Source: Promethearchaeia archaeon
GTDB taxonomy: Archaea > Asgardarchaeota > Lokiarchaeia > Sigyniarchaeales > SOKP01
Reading direction: 5' to 3'
DNA length: 64,000 bases
Assembly (NCBI GenBank): GCA_029856145.1
Contig: JAHQWK010000028.1
Location: 15,316-79,315 of the forward strand
The translations under genes and the position numbers were made by a program. Shown piece by piece: positions 19,575-28,614 of this stretch. The notes beneath the pieces were generated by a model. That model did not search any database. It was not told the origin of the DNA and was given only the letters and a program-made list of their open reading frames with translations. The stretch's first letter is position 1. The number at the start of each line of letters is the position of its first letter.

Positions 19575-19994
19575 TTAGGATTTTTTTAATTCTTTAAGAA
19601 TGTCACTTCTAATATTTTTAAAAGTTTCTCCTTTATCTGCGAAGGTTGGGATATCCCCATGAGCGGGTTTATAAGAATCTATTCTTATTCGAAAATATGT
19701 ACGAATGATATCAATAATTGCATCAGAATAATCCGTCCAGATCCCTGCTTCAATATTTTCATTTAAAAGATCAAGCCAAAAATTTGGAATTGAAAAAATA
19801 ATTCTTGATGTATTTGCTACTGACTTGGTAAAAGGGATAATAGTAGTAGGTCTTCCTTCTTTATCCCATTGTTTAGCTGCTGAAATTGTCCCATAAGAGC
19901 ATTTTTCATCAATTACAATAGAAGATTGTTTTTCTCCTTTTTCAAGTCTTTCAATTATACGTGAATATTTTTCTTTATCAATTTTTCTAGGCAT
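19575..19994 (-). CDS. Hypothetical DNA-binding protein (HTH-like N-terminus, ribbon-helix-helix-like central part)
   Basis: RIIFSIPNFWLDLLNENIEAGIWTDYSDAIIDIIR resembles CopG/RHH; GGTGA 7 nt upstream of ATG. Confidence 0.6.
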   Translation of the reverse strand: MPRKIDKEKYSRIIERLEKGEKQSSIVIDEKCSYGTISAAKQWDKEGRPTTIIPFTKSVANTSRIIFSIPNFWLDLLNENIEAGIWTDYSDAIIDIIRTYFRIRIDSYKPAHGDIPTFADKGETFKNIRSDILKELKKS

Positions 19995-20005
19995 ATTAAT
20001 TTCAC

Positions 20006-20062
20006 CTACTACTATAATATCTACTATTATATTTAAATATTTGTAGTAGAAAAATAGTAGAT
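20006..20062. promoter_or_regulatory. Symmetric operator-like array around a TATA-like palindrome
   Basis: CTACTA at 20006/20009 and 20021, ATATTTAAATAT at 20029-20040, TAGTAG at 20044 and 20055; directly upstream of the RHH-like gene. Confidence 0.55.
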
Positions 20063-20154
20063 TTTTGTTAAATTATCTTTATGAAAAAGGATTAATTTCG
20101 TAAAAACATCAAATGATATTTCGAATACTATTAATATAAAAACTAAAATTTATT

Positions 20155-21696
20155 CTATACTATTTTATAAACTGAAAATACCCTATTTAATTTTCGTTTT
20201 AGTCTATCTGAAAGGTTAAATTTCTCAGAATATAAATTGAAAATGAGCTCATCAATTTTTTTTTGTTCTTGAATGTAATCATAATTCATATCTTGCATTT
20301 TGTTTTTAATGATTTTTTCTACTAATATCTCAACTTGATTTTTCGTATTTTCGTTCGGTAAGATAAAAGGTAAAGCATGGATTCCTGTAATTTGTATACT
20401 ACTAGTATTATTTATAATTCCTTTCGCTAAATAATTATATAAAGAACTATTTAGCAGACCTAAAACATATGGAATCGAGATTGATTTATTCTTAAGTATA
20501 AATCCAATAGCTTTATTAGAATCCCAATAACATCCTTTTGGCATATAACGCGCTGCTAATCTTGAACTTACTCCACTTATTATAATACCTTCTTTTTCAA
20601 ATGGTACATTTTTAGGAATATCATAATTTTTTATTGACTCTTTTCTCCAATCTAAAGCTTCCATTATTGGTCTATAATATTGATCTGAGCCACCTCTTTT
20701 CAAATAAGGTTTCCACTGATTTGATTCTAAATTTTCACGATTAACAATATTATATTTTTTATCAGGGTTAGTTATTTTCACATTTCTCCTTTTAAAAATA
20801 TTCGCAAGTTCTGTACCTTCAATGGCAGCTATGAAACTCTTGTTATTATGTGTGTGCATCCCAATAAATCCTTGTATATAATCATCTGATTTAGGGGCCT
20901 TTTCAAATAAATCAAGAACTTCTTCTTCAATATCGTTAAAAAAGATGTTAAATGGTAAAGAGTTATATTTAGATTGCTTTATTTCATTAACAATCTTAGG
21001 AGCTTTGTAATCATTTTCGCTTTTTACTCTAGGGATTATCCTCATAGTACTATTTTCTCTGTTCTTTTTATTTTTATGACCAGAGCATTTTGTTAAAATA
21101 ATAATGACAGGACTTGTACTTACATTTTGATTGGAGAACAAGTTTTTTGGTGCTAAAAGAATTTCATTTATTTTACAATTATTAAGAATAAATTTCCTTA
21201 ACTTTTTATGGGTACTTAGAGTTAAGAACGAATCACTAGTGATAAATCCTAATTTTCCTCCTTCTTTTAACCTCCAAATACTATTAATAATAAACATTGC
21301 ATACGTTTCATGAGCATTTATTTTCCCATAAATTTTTCTTAGTTTTAATTTATTTTTACGGACATAAGTACTTGCCTTGTTTAAATATGGTGGATTTCCT
21401 ACAACAAAATCAAATTCATTATATGTGTTAGGATATAAAGCGAAGAGTGTATCCTGTTCTTTAAAGGAGACCCCTAACTCCTCAATTTCATTTTTGAAAT
21501 TTGGATTGATATCATAAGCTATTATCTGATTCCTATCAATACCAGATTCTAATAATTTCATTATAAAGATTCCAGGACCTACACATGGGTCTAAAATTTT
21601 GTGGTTTTCTTCAATTTCTCCTAATCTTGATACTATATATTCTGCTGTTTTAGAAGGGGTTAAAACTACTCCTAATTCTTTACTTTTATATTCGAT
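20155..21696 (-). CDS. N6-adenine DNA methyltransferase (gamma class, TaqI/Eco57I-like); start extended to non-AUG
   Basis: VGNPPY; upstream in-frame ELGVVLTP (motif X) and ILDPCVGPG (motif I) precede the ORF-track Met at 21561; TaqI-C-like LGLLNSSL. Confidence 0.88.
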   Translation of the reverse strand: MEYKSKELGVVLTPSKTAEYIVSRLGEIEENHKILDPCVGPGIFIMKLLESGIDRNQIIAYDINPNFKNEIEELGVSFKEQDTLFALYPNTYNEFDFVVGNPPYLNKASTYVRKNKLKLRKIYGKINAHETYAMFIINSIWRLKEGGKLGFITSDSFLTLSTHKKLRKFILNNCKINEILLAPKNLFSNQNVSTSPVIIILTKCSGHKNKKNRENSTMRIIPRVKSENDYKAPKIVNEIKQSKYNSLPFNIFFNDIEEEVLDLFEKAPKSDDYIQGFIGMHTHNNKSFIAAIEGTELANIFKRRNVKITNPDKKYNIVNRENLESNQWKPYLKRGGSDQYYRPIMEALDWRKESIKNYDIPKNVPFEKEGIIISGVSSRLAARYMPKGCYWDSNKAIGFILKNKSISIPYVLGLLNSSLYNYLAKGIINNTSSIQITGIHALPFILPNENTKNQVEILVEKIIKNKMQDMNYDYIQEQKKIDELIFNLYSEKFNLSDRLKRKLNRVFSVYKIV

Positions 21697-21725
21697 TAGT
21701 AATCAACGCTTTTTTTTATAATATA

Positions 21726-22892
21726 TTAACAACTAAATTCATCTAATATATGATCATCGACTTCTTTTAAAATATCTGTTATAAATATACATAGTTTTTT
21801 TAAAAGATTCGTGTCGACCTTATCTATAGTATCATTAACAGAATGGACATACTTATATATCTCTAAATCCCCAAATCCAAATCCTCGGAATCCTTGGCTT
21901 TTTAGATATAACCCATCGCTTCTGATGCCAAATGAACTTTTTTTATAGTGAAATCTTAAATTTAATTTCTCAGCACTTTTCTGAAATGTATTATACAGAT
22001 TAATATTTTTATTTGGATTGATAGAACTGCTGAAATATGCTAAACTCTTACCTATGGAATCAAAATTGATAATAATCGATTTAGTTTTATCTAAATCCCC
22101 ACATTCATTACAGAAGTGGCGAATTCCCATTGTCCCACATTCTTCAGCACCAGTAAAAACAAACCATAAATTATAATTTTTAAGCCTTAACTCAGGATTT
22201 AAGTAGTAATTTAATAGTTCCAAAACGCTAACAACCCCCGATGCATTGTCTAGTGCGCCATAAGACTTATTGTTAGTGGTATTAATCATAAACAGAAAAG
22301 TTGTAAAAAAATTGATTCCCACGAAAATTGCACCAATTATATATAACCAAGAGACAATCTGAAGAAAAATTATATAATAAAGAATAATAACTATCATAGC
22401 AATAACATATGATGTTAACCAGATTCTAATAGTCCAAATTCTAATACTTATAGATAATCTTTGTCCTTTTGAATCTAAATGAGCGAATAACAAAATTCCT
22501 TTTGAGGTATTTTCTTTTTTTTTTGAGGGATATTTTACCACTAAGTTTTGAGAAGGAAGAACTCTTCCAAACTCCAACCTCTCTGGATTTTTCACAAATA
22601 AGAATAGGATAACGAATGCTATCCCAACAGATATCAGGGTTATCTGTTTAAAATATCCCTCAATATTTAAAAAAATTATGAATAGAAGCCAAAAAGCTAA
22701 AGAAAATGCTATTCTAGGATAAACTCTTGAATAAAAGGTGGAAAAGACAAACTCTTGGATCGAGAACGGTAAATTTAGCTCATCGATGTCCTTTTTTATT
22801 ATATTAAAAGCTAAATTCTCTTCTTTAGTTCCAGAAAGTCTTGGAAATGATAACTTTTCCAGATTTTTCCTTATGCTATTACTATCAATCAT
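21726..22892 (-). CDS. Membrane-embedded M28 family metallopeptidase
   Basis: SFPRLSGT, AHLDSK, GALDNASG, GAEECG, NFDSIG, YVHSVNDT. Confidence 0.85.
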   Translation of the reverse strand: MIDSNSIRKNLEKLSFPRLSGTKEENLAFNIIKKDIDELNLPFSIQEFVFSTFYSRVYPRIAFSLAFWLLFIIFLNIEGYFKQITLISVGIAFVILFLFVKNPERLEFGRVLPSQNLVVKYPSKKKENTSKGILLFAHLDSKGQRLSISIRIWTIRIWLTSYVIAMIVIILYYIIFLQIVSWLYIIGAIFVGINFFTTFLFMINTTNNKSYGALDNASGVVSVLELLNYYLNPELRLKNYNLWFVFTGAEECGTMGIRHFCNECGDLDKTKSIIINFDSIGKSLAYFSSSINPNKNINLYNTFQKSAEKLNLRFHYKKSSFGIRSDGLYLKSQGFRGFGFGDLEIYKYVHSVNDTIDKVDTNLLKKLCIFITDILKEVDDHILDEFSC

Positions 22893-23802
22893 AATCTTCA
22901 GCTATAGGATTTTTATCCATGCATGGAACTTCAAATTGACAAAACGCACATCCGACCGGAAAGCTCGCAAATCTTATTTTCCAATTAACACGACGATTAT
23001 GAGGATTTAAAATTGGACCAATACGAGTTAACATTTTTCTTGCTATTCTTTGACCATATTCGTGACATTTAATTTTATTATGGCCATTTGCATCAATAGC
23101 ATTGGCGGGGCATCTCTCTTCACATTTTCTACAAGTACCCTTTGAATAGTATAAGCAATTTCCATATGGATTTTCACTTTTTCTTGGAGTAATTTCTAAT
23201 GGTGCATTAGTCACTACCGAAGCTAATCTGATATTACAACCGATCTCGGTAATCAACCCTTCGTGTAAACTAAAGGTTCCTAAGCCAGTAGCAAACGCAA
23301 TGTGACGTTCTGACCAAGTTGAGTAAAATTTTTCCTTTACCAATATACTAAAAGAATCACTTAACATTCCCGCTATCGTTTTATAATTTTTTTTCTTAAG
23401 ATATTCAATAACCTGCCTACATGTATCCTCTTTAAAAGCATTAGCATAATTACGTCCTATACAATATATTTCAGCAGGAAGAGTAACTCGTAAAAACTTT
23501 TTCACATTCTTGCTTTCTTTACGAATTTTATCATTAAATGGAAAGACGATCGAAATAACTCTTAGATTTGAAGCTGGTAAATTCTCATATCCTTCTGCTA
23601 CCCATAATTCAAGTGGAGTTAAATGTTCTGACCCTACAATCTCTTTGTATTTCTGAAAAATTGGGTCATCTCCTTGAGCAACACCTATTATTGGGGAAGA
23701 AAATATTCTATCTCCTCCAAATTTCTCAGGAAGTTGATTAAGTTTACTTGTCTCGAAATAATTTTTTAAAAATTGAGTTAATTCAGCATTCATAATTATC
23801 AA
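22885..23802 (-). CDS. Epoxyqueuosine reductase/reductive dehalogenase-like Fe-S (likely cobalamin) protein
   Basis: WSERHIAFATGLGTF, GCNIRLASVVT, C...CRKCEERCP, GCAFCQFEVPC. Confidence 0.8.
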   Translation of the reverse strand: MIIMNAELTQFLKNYFETSKLNQLPEKFGGDRIFSSPIIGVAQGDDPIFQKYKEIVGSEHLTPLELWVAEGYENLPASNLRVISIVFPFNDKIRKESKNVKKFLRVTLPAEIYCIGRNYANAFKEDTCRQVIEYLKKKNYKTIAGMLSDSFSILVKEKFYSTWSERHIAFATGLGTFSLHEGLITEIGCNIRLASVVTNAPLEITPRKSENPYGNCLYYSKGTCRKCEERCPANAIDANGHNKIKCHEYGQRIARKMLTRIGPILNPHNRRVNWKIRFASFPVGCAFCQFEVPCMDKNPIAEDYD

Positions 23803-23840
23803 TAATTTAAAAACATTATATTAACTAAAAATCTAATTAA

Positions 23841-25124
23841 TCAAGTCTGATTGTTTATTTCATTCATCAGGAAAACAATGCAGATTTTTAAGGCATTCTC
23901 TAGAGTTCCTTTCCTAATTTTATCTGGTGTATCAGTATTTTGATGATAATAACTTGAACGATGTTTCCAATCAGCTGAATTTAAAAACCCCGCCTTAATA
24001 TTTGCTTTTGAAAATGATGCAGCATCTGATCCACCGCTTAATCTGCCAAGTGTTTTTTCTAATTTTCCTGCACCAAACCTTTTAGCTTGAATCCCAGCTA
24101 ATTCTGCTGCTTTTAGCAGTTTTTGAATTACTTCTTCTGAGTGTCTTGTCCGAGTTGTAGGCTCATATTCTATGACATGGAACCCATCTGGAGTCTCTAA
24201 GCCATCCATATTTACGACAACTGCATCATAATTTTTCAATTCTTCTAGATGAGCAGAACAGTAACGATGCGACCCACGTAATCCACTCTCTTCACAACCG
24301 AAACTAATTAACCTAATTTCAGTATTTTTAGGAATTAATTCTTTATGGTTTTTTATATATCTTCCTAGACCTACTATTACTGAACAGCTACTTAAGTTGT
24401 CAACTGCCCCAGGAACAACATTTCCCTTATCTCCTAGTGGTACAAAAAAAAACAAAAATATGAAACAAGGAGTTCCGATTATTAGTAACCAAATTGTAAC
24501 CCATAAAAATATCCCCTTAAGGGTTAAGAATCCTATCAAGATTAATATCAAATTAATAAATGAGAGGACTAACCATGTTAATATTACCAATATCCCTAGA
24601 AATGCAAGCGGGATAAAACCCCAACCAATCAATTTAAGTAAATTAAATTGAAGAGCAGAATCAATATGACTTGAAAATATTATTATTCTCTTTTGCTCCT
24701 CTTTTGTTTTAACCTTACCGATAACGTTCTGTGATGTTTTTTTACGAAATAAAGGGTCGATAAACTCATTATAATTGAAAAATTCCTCCCACATTATTAA
24801 AAAGGACAGAAAAGTTAATAAAAAAGAGATTAAACTAAAAATTATTAATAGTAGATCAGATACCCACTGCATAAATAGGTAGAACACCATTGAAACAAAT
24901 GTCATAATTAAAATTATCTTAATCCATCCAAGAAATGCTTTTGGATGACATGTAAAGGATTCTACAACTATTTCATCGCAAGTTTGTTCAAGTTCATCTT
25001 TTATAACTTTTGACCCCTCAGCTTCTTGTGGACTACACGACATACGTGGCCCTACTTCCTCAACTATTTTTTCCACTAAATTATACATATAATCCGCATC
25101 TTCTTTTGAAATTTCTAAATCCAT
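23841..25124 (-). CDS. Membrane-embedded M28 family metallopeptidase
   Basis: SSHIDSA, PGAVDNLSS, GCEESGLRGS, NMD, SDAASF, YYHQNTDT. Confidence 0.85.
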   Translation of the reverse strand: MDLEISKEDADYMYNLVEKIVEEVGPRMSCSPQEAEGSKVIKDELEQTCDEIVVESFTCHPKAFLGWIKIILIMTFVSMVFYLFMQWVSDLLLIIFSLISFLLTFLSFLIMWEEFFNYNEFIDPLFRKKTSQNVIGKVKTKEEQKRIIIFSSHIDSALQFNLLKLIGWGFIPLAFLGILVILTWLVLSFINLILILIGFLTLKGIFLWVTIWLLIIGTPCFIFLFFFVPLGDKGNVVPGAVDNLSSCSVIVGLGRYIKNHKELIPKNTEIRLISFGCEESGLRGSHRYCSAHLEELKNYDAVVVNMDGLETPDGFHVIEYEPTTRTRHSEEVIQKLLKAAELAGIQAKRFGAGKLEKTLGRLSGGSDAASFSKANIKAGFLNSADWKHRSSYYHQNTDTPDKIRKGTLENALKICIVFLMNEINNQT

Positions 25125-25273
25125 TTTTATCGATCTCTATTCATCGCTTTTTTTTAAATGAGATTTGTTCTTAATAAATATAAATGCATCTAAAGGACAA
25201 AAATATTAATTATAAATGCTTACCTAACAAATAATTTATTATACTTCAAAAAGACATAGGAAGTTGATTCTCT

Positions 25274-26197
25274 TTGAGTTTAGAAATTTATCAAGTTATT
25301 CTTTTAATATTAATCGGGGCACTTGTAGGAATAAGTATTAGTTTTATTGGTCAAACAGGTCAAGGTGTTGTACTTCCGATTGTACTTCTAATAACAGGTG
25401 ATGCTTTTCTGGCAATTGCTATAAATTTATTAAATGATTTAATTACGTCTGTTTTTGTTAGCATTGGATACATAAGAAAAAGAGAGTTTAAAATAAGGAA
25501 AGATACTTTAATAATTATAATTGTAGCTTTGTCAATTTCACTTTTAGGTGTTTTTATATTATTAATTACACCGATAGGCAATATTTATGGATGGTTTATA
25601 CCACTATTTATAACATTCTTGGGTTTTATTTTTCTTTATCGTGGTTTTCCTACAACAGAAAAATTGAAAAATACCGCACATAATTTATCTCAAAAATTTT
25701 TAAAAAAAAGTCGCAAAACTGAAATTTTTGATAAAAAAGAAAAAAAGGTTGATGAAGAATTTGCGATTAGAGGAGAGGATATACAAGGTTTTATACCTGG
25801 TGGATCACGCCTGTTTTATATTTTAGCACTTGTTTTTGGAATTGTTATTGGACTTAATTCTGGTTTATTTGGAGCAAATTCAGGCTTTATAATTGTGCTT
25901 GCCTTGGTTATAATTTATGGATATCCAATCAAAAAAGGTGTTGGTACAGCTTTAATCTTAAGCATTGTAATGTGTCTAGGTACATTCATAATTTATCAAA
26001 TTTTAGGAATTATGATTAAAGGTCAATTCTTTTTTGATTTAGAAATTTCTCTTTACTTAGCAATAGGATCAATTATAACAGGAATAATAGCATCGTTATA
26101 TGTACAAAGATTGTCTGCTAAAACTATGGGAAGAAGTGTGGGAATTGTTATATTTATGTTAGGTATAATATCTTTAATATTTTATTTTATCTCGTGA
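25274..26197 (+). CDS. Sulfite exporter TauE/SafE family membrane protein
   Basis: Eight TM in two repeats; IGQTGQGVVLP and SGLFGANSGFIIV, KKGVGTAL. Confidence 0.8.
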   Translation: MSLEIYQVILLILIGALVGISISFIGQTGQGVVLPIVLLITGDAFLAIAINLLNDLITSVFVSIGYIRKREFKIRKDTLIIIIVALSISLLGVFILLITPIGNIYGWFIPLFITFLGFIFLYRGFPTTEKLKNTAHNLSQKFLKKSRKTEIFDKKEKKVDEEFAIRGEDIQGFIPGGSRLFYILALVFGIVIGLNSGLFGANSGFIIVLALVIIYGYPIKKGVGTALILSIVMCLGTFIIYQILGIMIKGQFFFDLEISLYLAIGSIITGIIASLYVQRLSAKTMGRSVGIVIFMLGIISLIFYFIS

Positions 26198-26249
26198 ATT
26201 TAATATTTTTGTTAGGCTTTAATATATGGTAATATTATGGGGTCTCAGC

Positions 26250-26345
26250 ATGGAAAAATTATAAGTAGGGATTATAGGAACAGGGGTTATATTTAACCTT
26301 AATATTTTAGTGTACTACTTTTTCAATAAAGTAAAAATAAAGAGT
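26250..26345 (+). pseudogene. Relic N-terminus of a Gfo/Idh/MocA-like NAD-binding oxidoreductase
   Basis: ATG 26250 reads MEKL*VGIIGTGVIFNLNIL: Rossmann beta1-GxG motif with an in-frame TAA and no continuation. Confidence 0.5.
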
Positions 26346-26437
26346 TGTAAGAATAAACTTTTTATCAATTATTTTACTAAAAGACATGGTTGTCATAGAT
26401 ATAAAGGTAAAAAGTATTCCTTTAAAAAATTGCTGCC

Positions 26438-27565
26438 ATGGATCCTTTCTCGTTATTAATAAAACCTGTTTCTGCAGATTGCAATCTAAGATGTGATTAC
26501 TGCTTTTACATTGATCACCTAGAAAAAGTAGAGAAGAAGCCTCGAATGTCAGATAAAGTCTTAGAGATCATGATAGCAAGTTATTTACAAACAAATCAAA
26601 ACAATAGATTTAGCTTTGGATGGCAAGGTGGAGAACCTACATTATTAGGGTTGAAATTTTGGGAAAAAGTAATAAATCTCCAGAAACAATACGCTCCTAA
26701 GGGAGCTGTTATTAGTAATGGCCTTCAAACAAATGGAACTCTTATTACTGGTGATTTAGCAAAATTTTTTGCTGAATATAAGTTTCTTCTTGGTGTCAGC
26801 CTTGATGGCCCTTCTTATTTACATAACTATTATAGGAAAACAATTGGTCAAAAATCGACTCATGATTTAGTTATGCGTGGTATAGAACTCCTAAGAGAGC
26901 ATAGTGTAGAGTTTAATATTCTAGTTTTAGTTAATAATGAATCTGTTAAGAAAGCTAGCGAAATTTATCATTATTTGCGAGATGGGGGCTTTAATTATCA
27001 TCAATATATCCCATGTGTAGAATTTGATAAATATAATAATCCGGAGTCTTTTTCAATAAAGGGAGAAGAATGGGGAGATTTTCTCTGTGATTTATTTGAT
27101 CAATGGATAAAAGAAGATATCAATCAAATATCTATACGACTTTTTGATTCAATCTTGGAATATTTAGTCTATGGAAGATATAATGTATGCTATATGGGAA
27201 TAAATTGTTGCCAATATTTAGTTGTTGAATATGATGGAAGTATTTATCCATGTGATTTCTTTGTTCGAGAAGATCTATTATTAGGAAATATACTTGAAGA
27301 TAAATGGGAAGATATCCTAAATTCACCAATTTATCATAAATTTGGTCAAAATAAATCTAATTGGCATGATAATTGCAGAAGCTGTTCATTCATTAATTTA
27401 TGCCATGGAGACTGCCAGAAATATCGCACTAGAATTCCTCAAAACTCACAAATTTCGAGTGTTTTGTGTAAGGGTTGGAAAAATTTTTTTACACATGCTT
27501 TACCTCGGTTAAAAATAATTGGAGATAAAATAAGAAACGGAAATAAAATAGCTTCCTCAACCTAA
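26438..27565 (+). CDS. Anaerobic sulfatase maturase-like radical SAM/SPASM protein (SEC-C tail follows in frame after TAA, to 27646)
   Basis: KPVSADCNLRCDYCFY, WQGGEPTLLG, LQTNGTL, YPCDFFV, CRSC...CHGDC. Confidence 0.9.
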   Translation: MDPFSLLIKPVSADCNLRCDYCFYIDHLEKVEKKPRMSDKVLEIMIASYLQTNQNNRFSFGWQGGEPTLLGLKFWEKVINLQKQYAPKGAVISNGLQTNGTLITGDLAKFFAEYKFLLGVSLDGPSYLHNYYRKTIGQKSTHDLVMRGIELLREHSVEFNILVLVNNESVKKASEIYHYLRDGGFNYHQYIPCVEFDKYNNPESFSIKGEEWGDFLCDLFDQWIKEDINQISIRLFDSILEYLVYGRYNVCYMGINCCQYLVVEYDGSIYPCDFFVREDLLLGNILEDKWEDILNSPIYHKFGQNKSNWHDNCRSCSFINLCHGDCQKYRTRIPQNSQISSVLCKGWKNFFTHALPRLKIIGDKIRNGNKIASST

Positions 27566-27821
27566 ATAAAATCAAAAAAGATTGGACCTAATTCTTTATG
27601 CCCTTGTGGGAGTGGAAAGAAGTATAAAAATTGTTGTATGAAATAACCAAGTGCTATTTATATTGTCTTTTTCAAAAGTAATGTTAATAGAAGCTCTATA
27701 GTAGATTCCCGCTAATATAAGAATTTTCATATTCTTATTTGTAATAAAACCTTACGTGTTAATAAAGTCTTTAAAGCAAGAATACTTTTTTGCTTTATTA
27801 AGTAAATGAATTGATACTAAA

Positions 27822-28571
27822 ATGAGTAACATTTTCACTGACCTTGGAATTGTTGGTATTACGTACTTCTATGTAATTTTAACAATTTTTATCCCACTGA
27901 TATTATATAAAAAAGAAAAAATCTCTAAGTTTTCTGCAAGAAAGATAGTTCATATGTTTGCTGGTTTAGCAATTCTGAGTTCACCATTTTATTTTTGGCC
28001 ATTTTGGGCTACTATTATTGCGGGCACTTTAACTCTGTTTGTATATTTTAGCTCGAAAGAATCAAAAGTGAAGCAGCTAAAAGATTTATATGATGCAATC
28101 TCTGAAGAACAAGAGGAAGGTTTAAAGAGAGCTTTCCTTCAAGGTCCATTTTTTTATTGCATTTCAATTACCTCTTTAGTTCTTATTTTTGGAATATTTG
28201 CTCCAGACCAATTTTATTTTCCAATCGCAGGAGTGTTAATAATGATAGTTGCTGATACATTAGCTTCAGTAATAGGAAAACGCTGGGGAAAAATAAGCCT
28301 TAGCTTATCATGGACAAATTCAAAGAGGACCCTTGAAGGTTCTTTAACTTTCTTTTTTACTGCATATTTATTATGCTTTCTCTCGTTTTTTCTATTTGGT
28401 TTATTAATTCCCACTTTTCAAGAACCATTATCCGTTCCTACTATTTTAATATATTCTTTAATTACCAGCGCAATTGCAACAGTAATCGAACTAATTTCTC
28501 CAAGTACTTACGATGATTTAACAGTTCCTTTGGGTAGTACGTTAATTATATACCTTTTAACTTTACTTTAA
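27822..28571 (+). CDS. Phytol/farnesol/dolichol kinase family (CTP-dependent isoprenoid alcohol kinase)
   Basis: ARKIVH, GPFFY, ADTLASVIGKRWG, KRTLEGS, DDLTVP. Confidence 0.85.
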   Translation: MSNIFTDLGIVGITYFYVILTIFIPLILYKKEKISKFSARKIVHMFAGLAILSSPFYFWPFWATIIAGTLTLFVYFSSKESKVKQLKDLYDAISEEQEEGLKRAFLQGPFFYCISITSLVLIFGIFAPDQFYFPIAGVLIMIVADTLASVIGKRWGKISLSLSWTNSKRTLEGSLTFFFTAYLLCFLSFFLFGLLIPTFQEPLSVPTILIYSLITSAIATVIELISPSTYDDLTVPLGSTLIIYLLTLL

Positions 28572-28614
28572 CAGGAAAACCTTTGTAATTTTATTTCAAT
28601 TAATTATCAAAATT

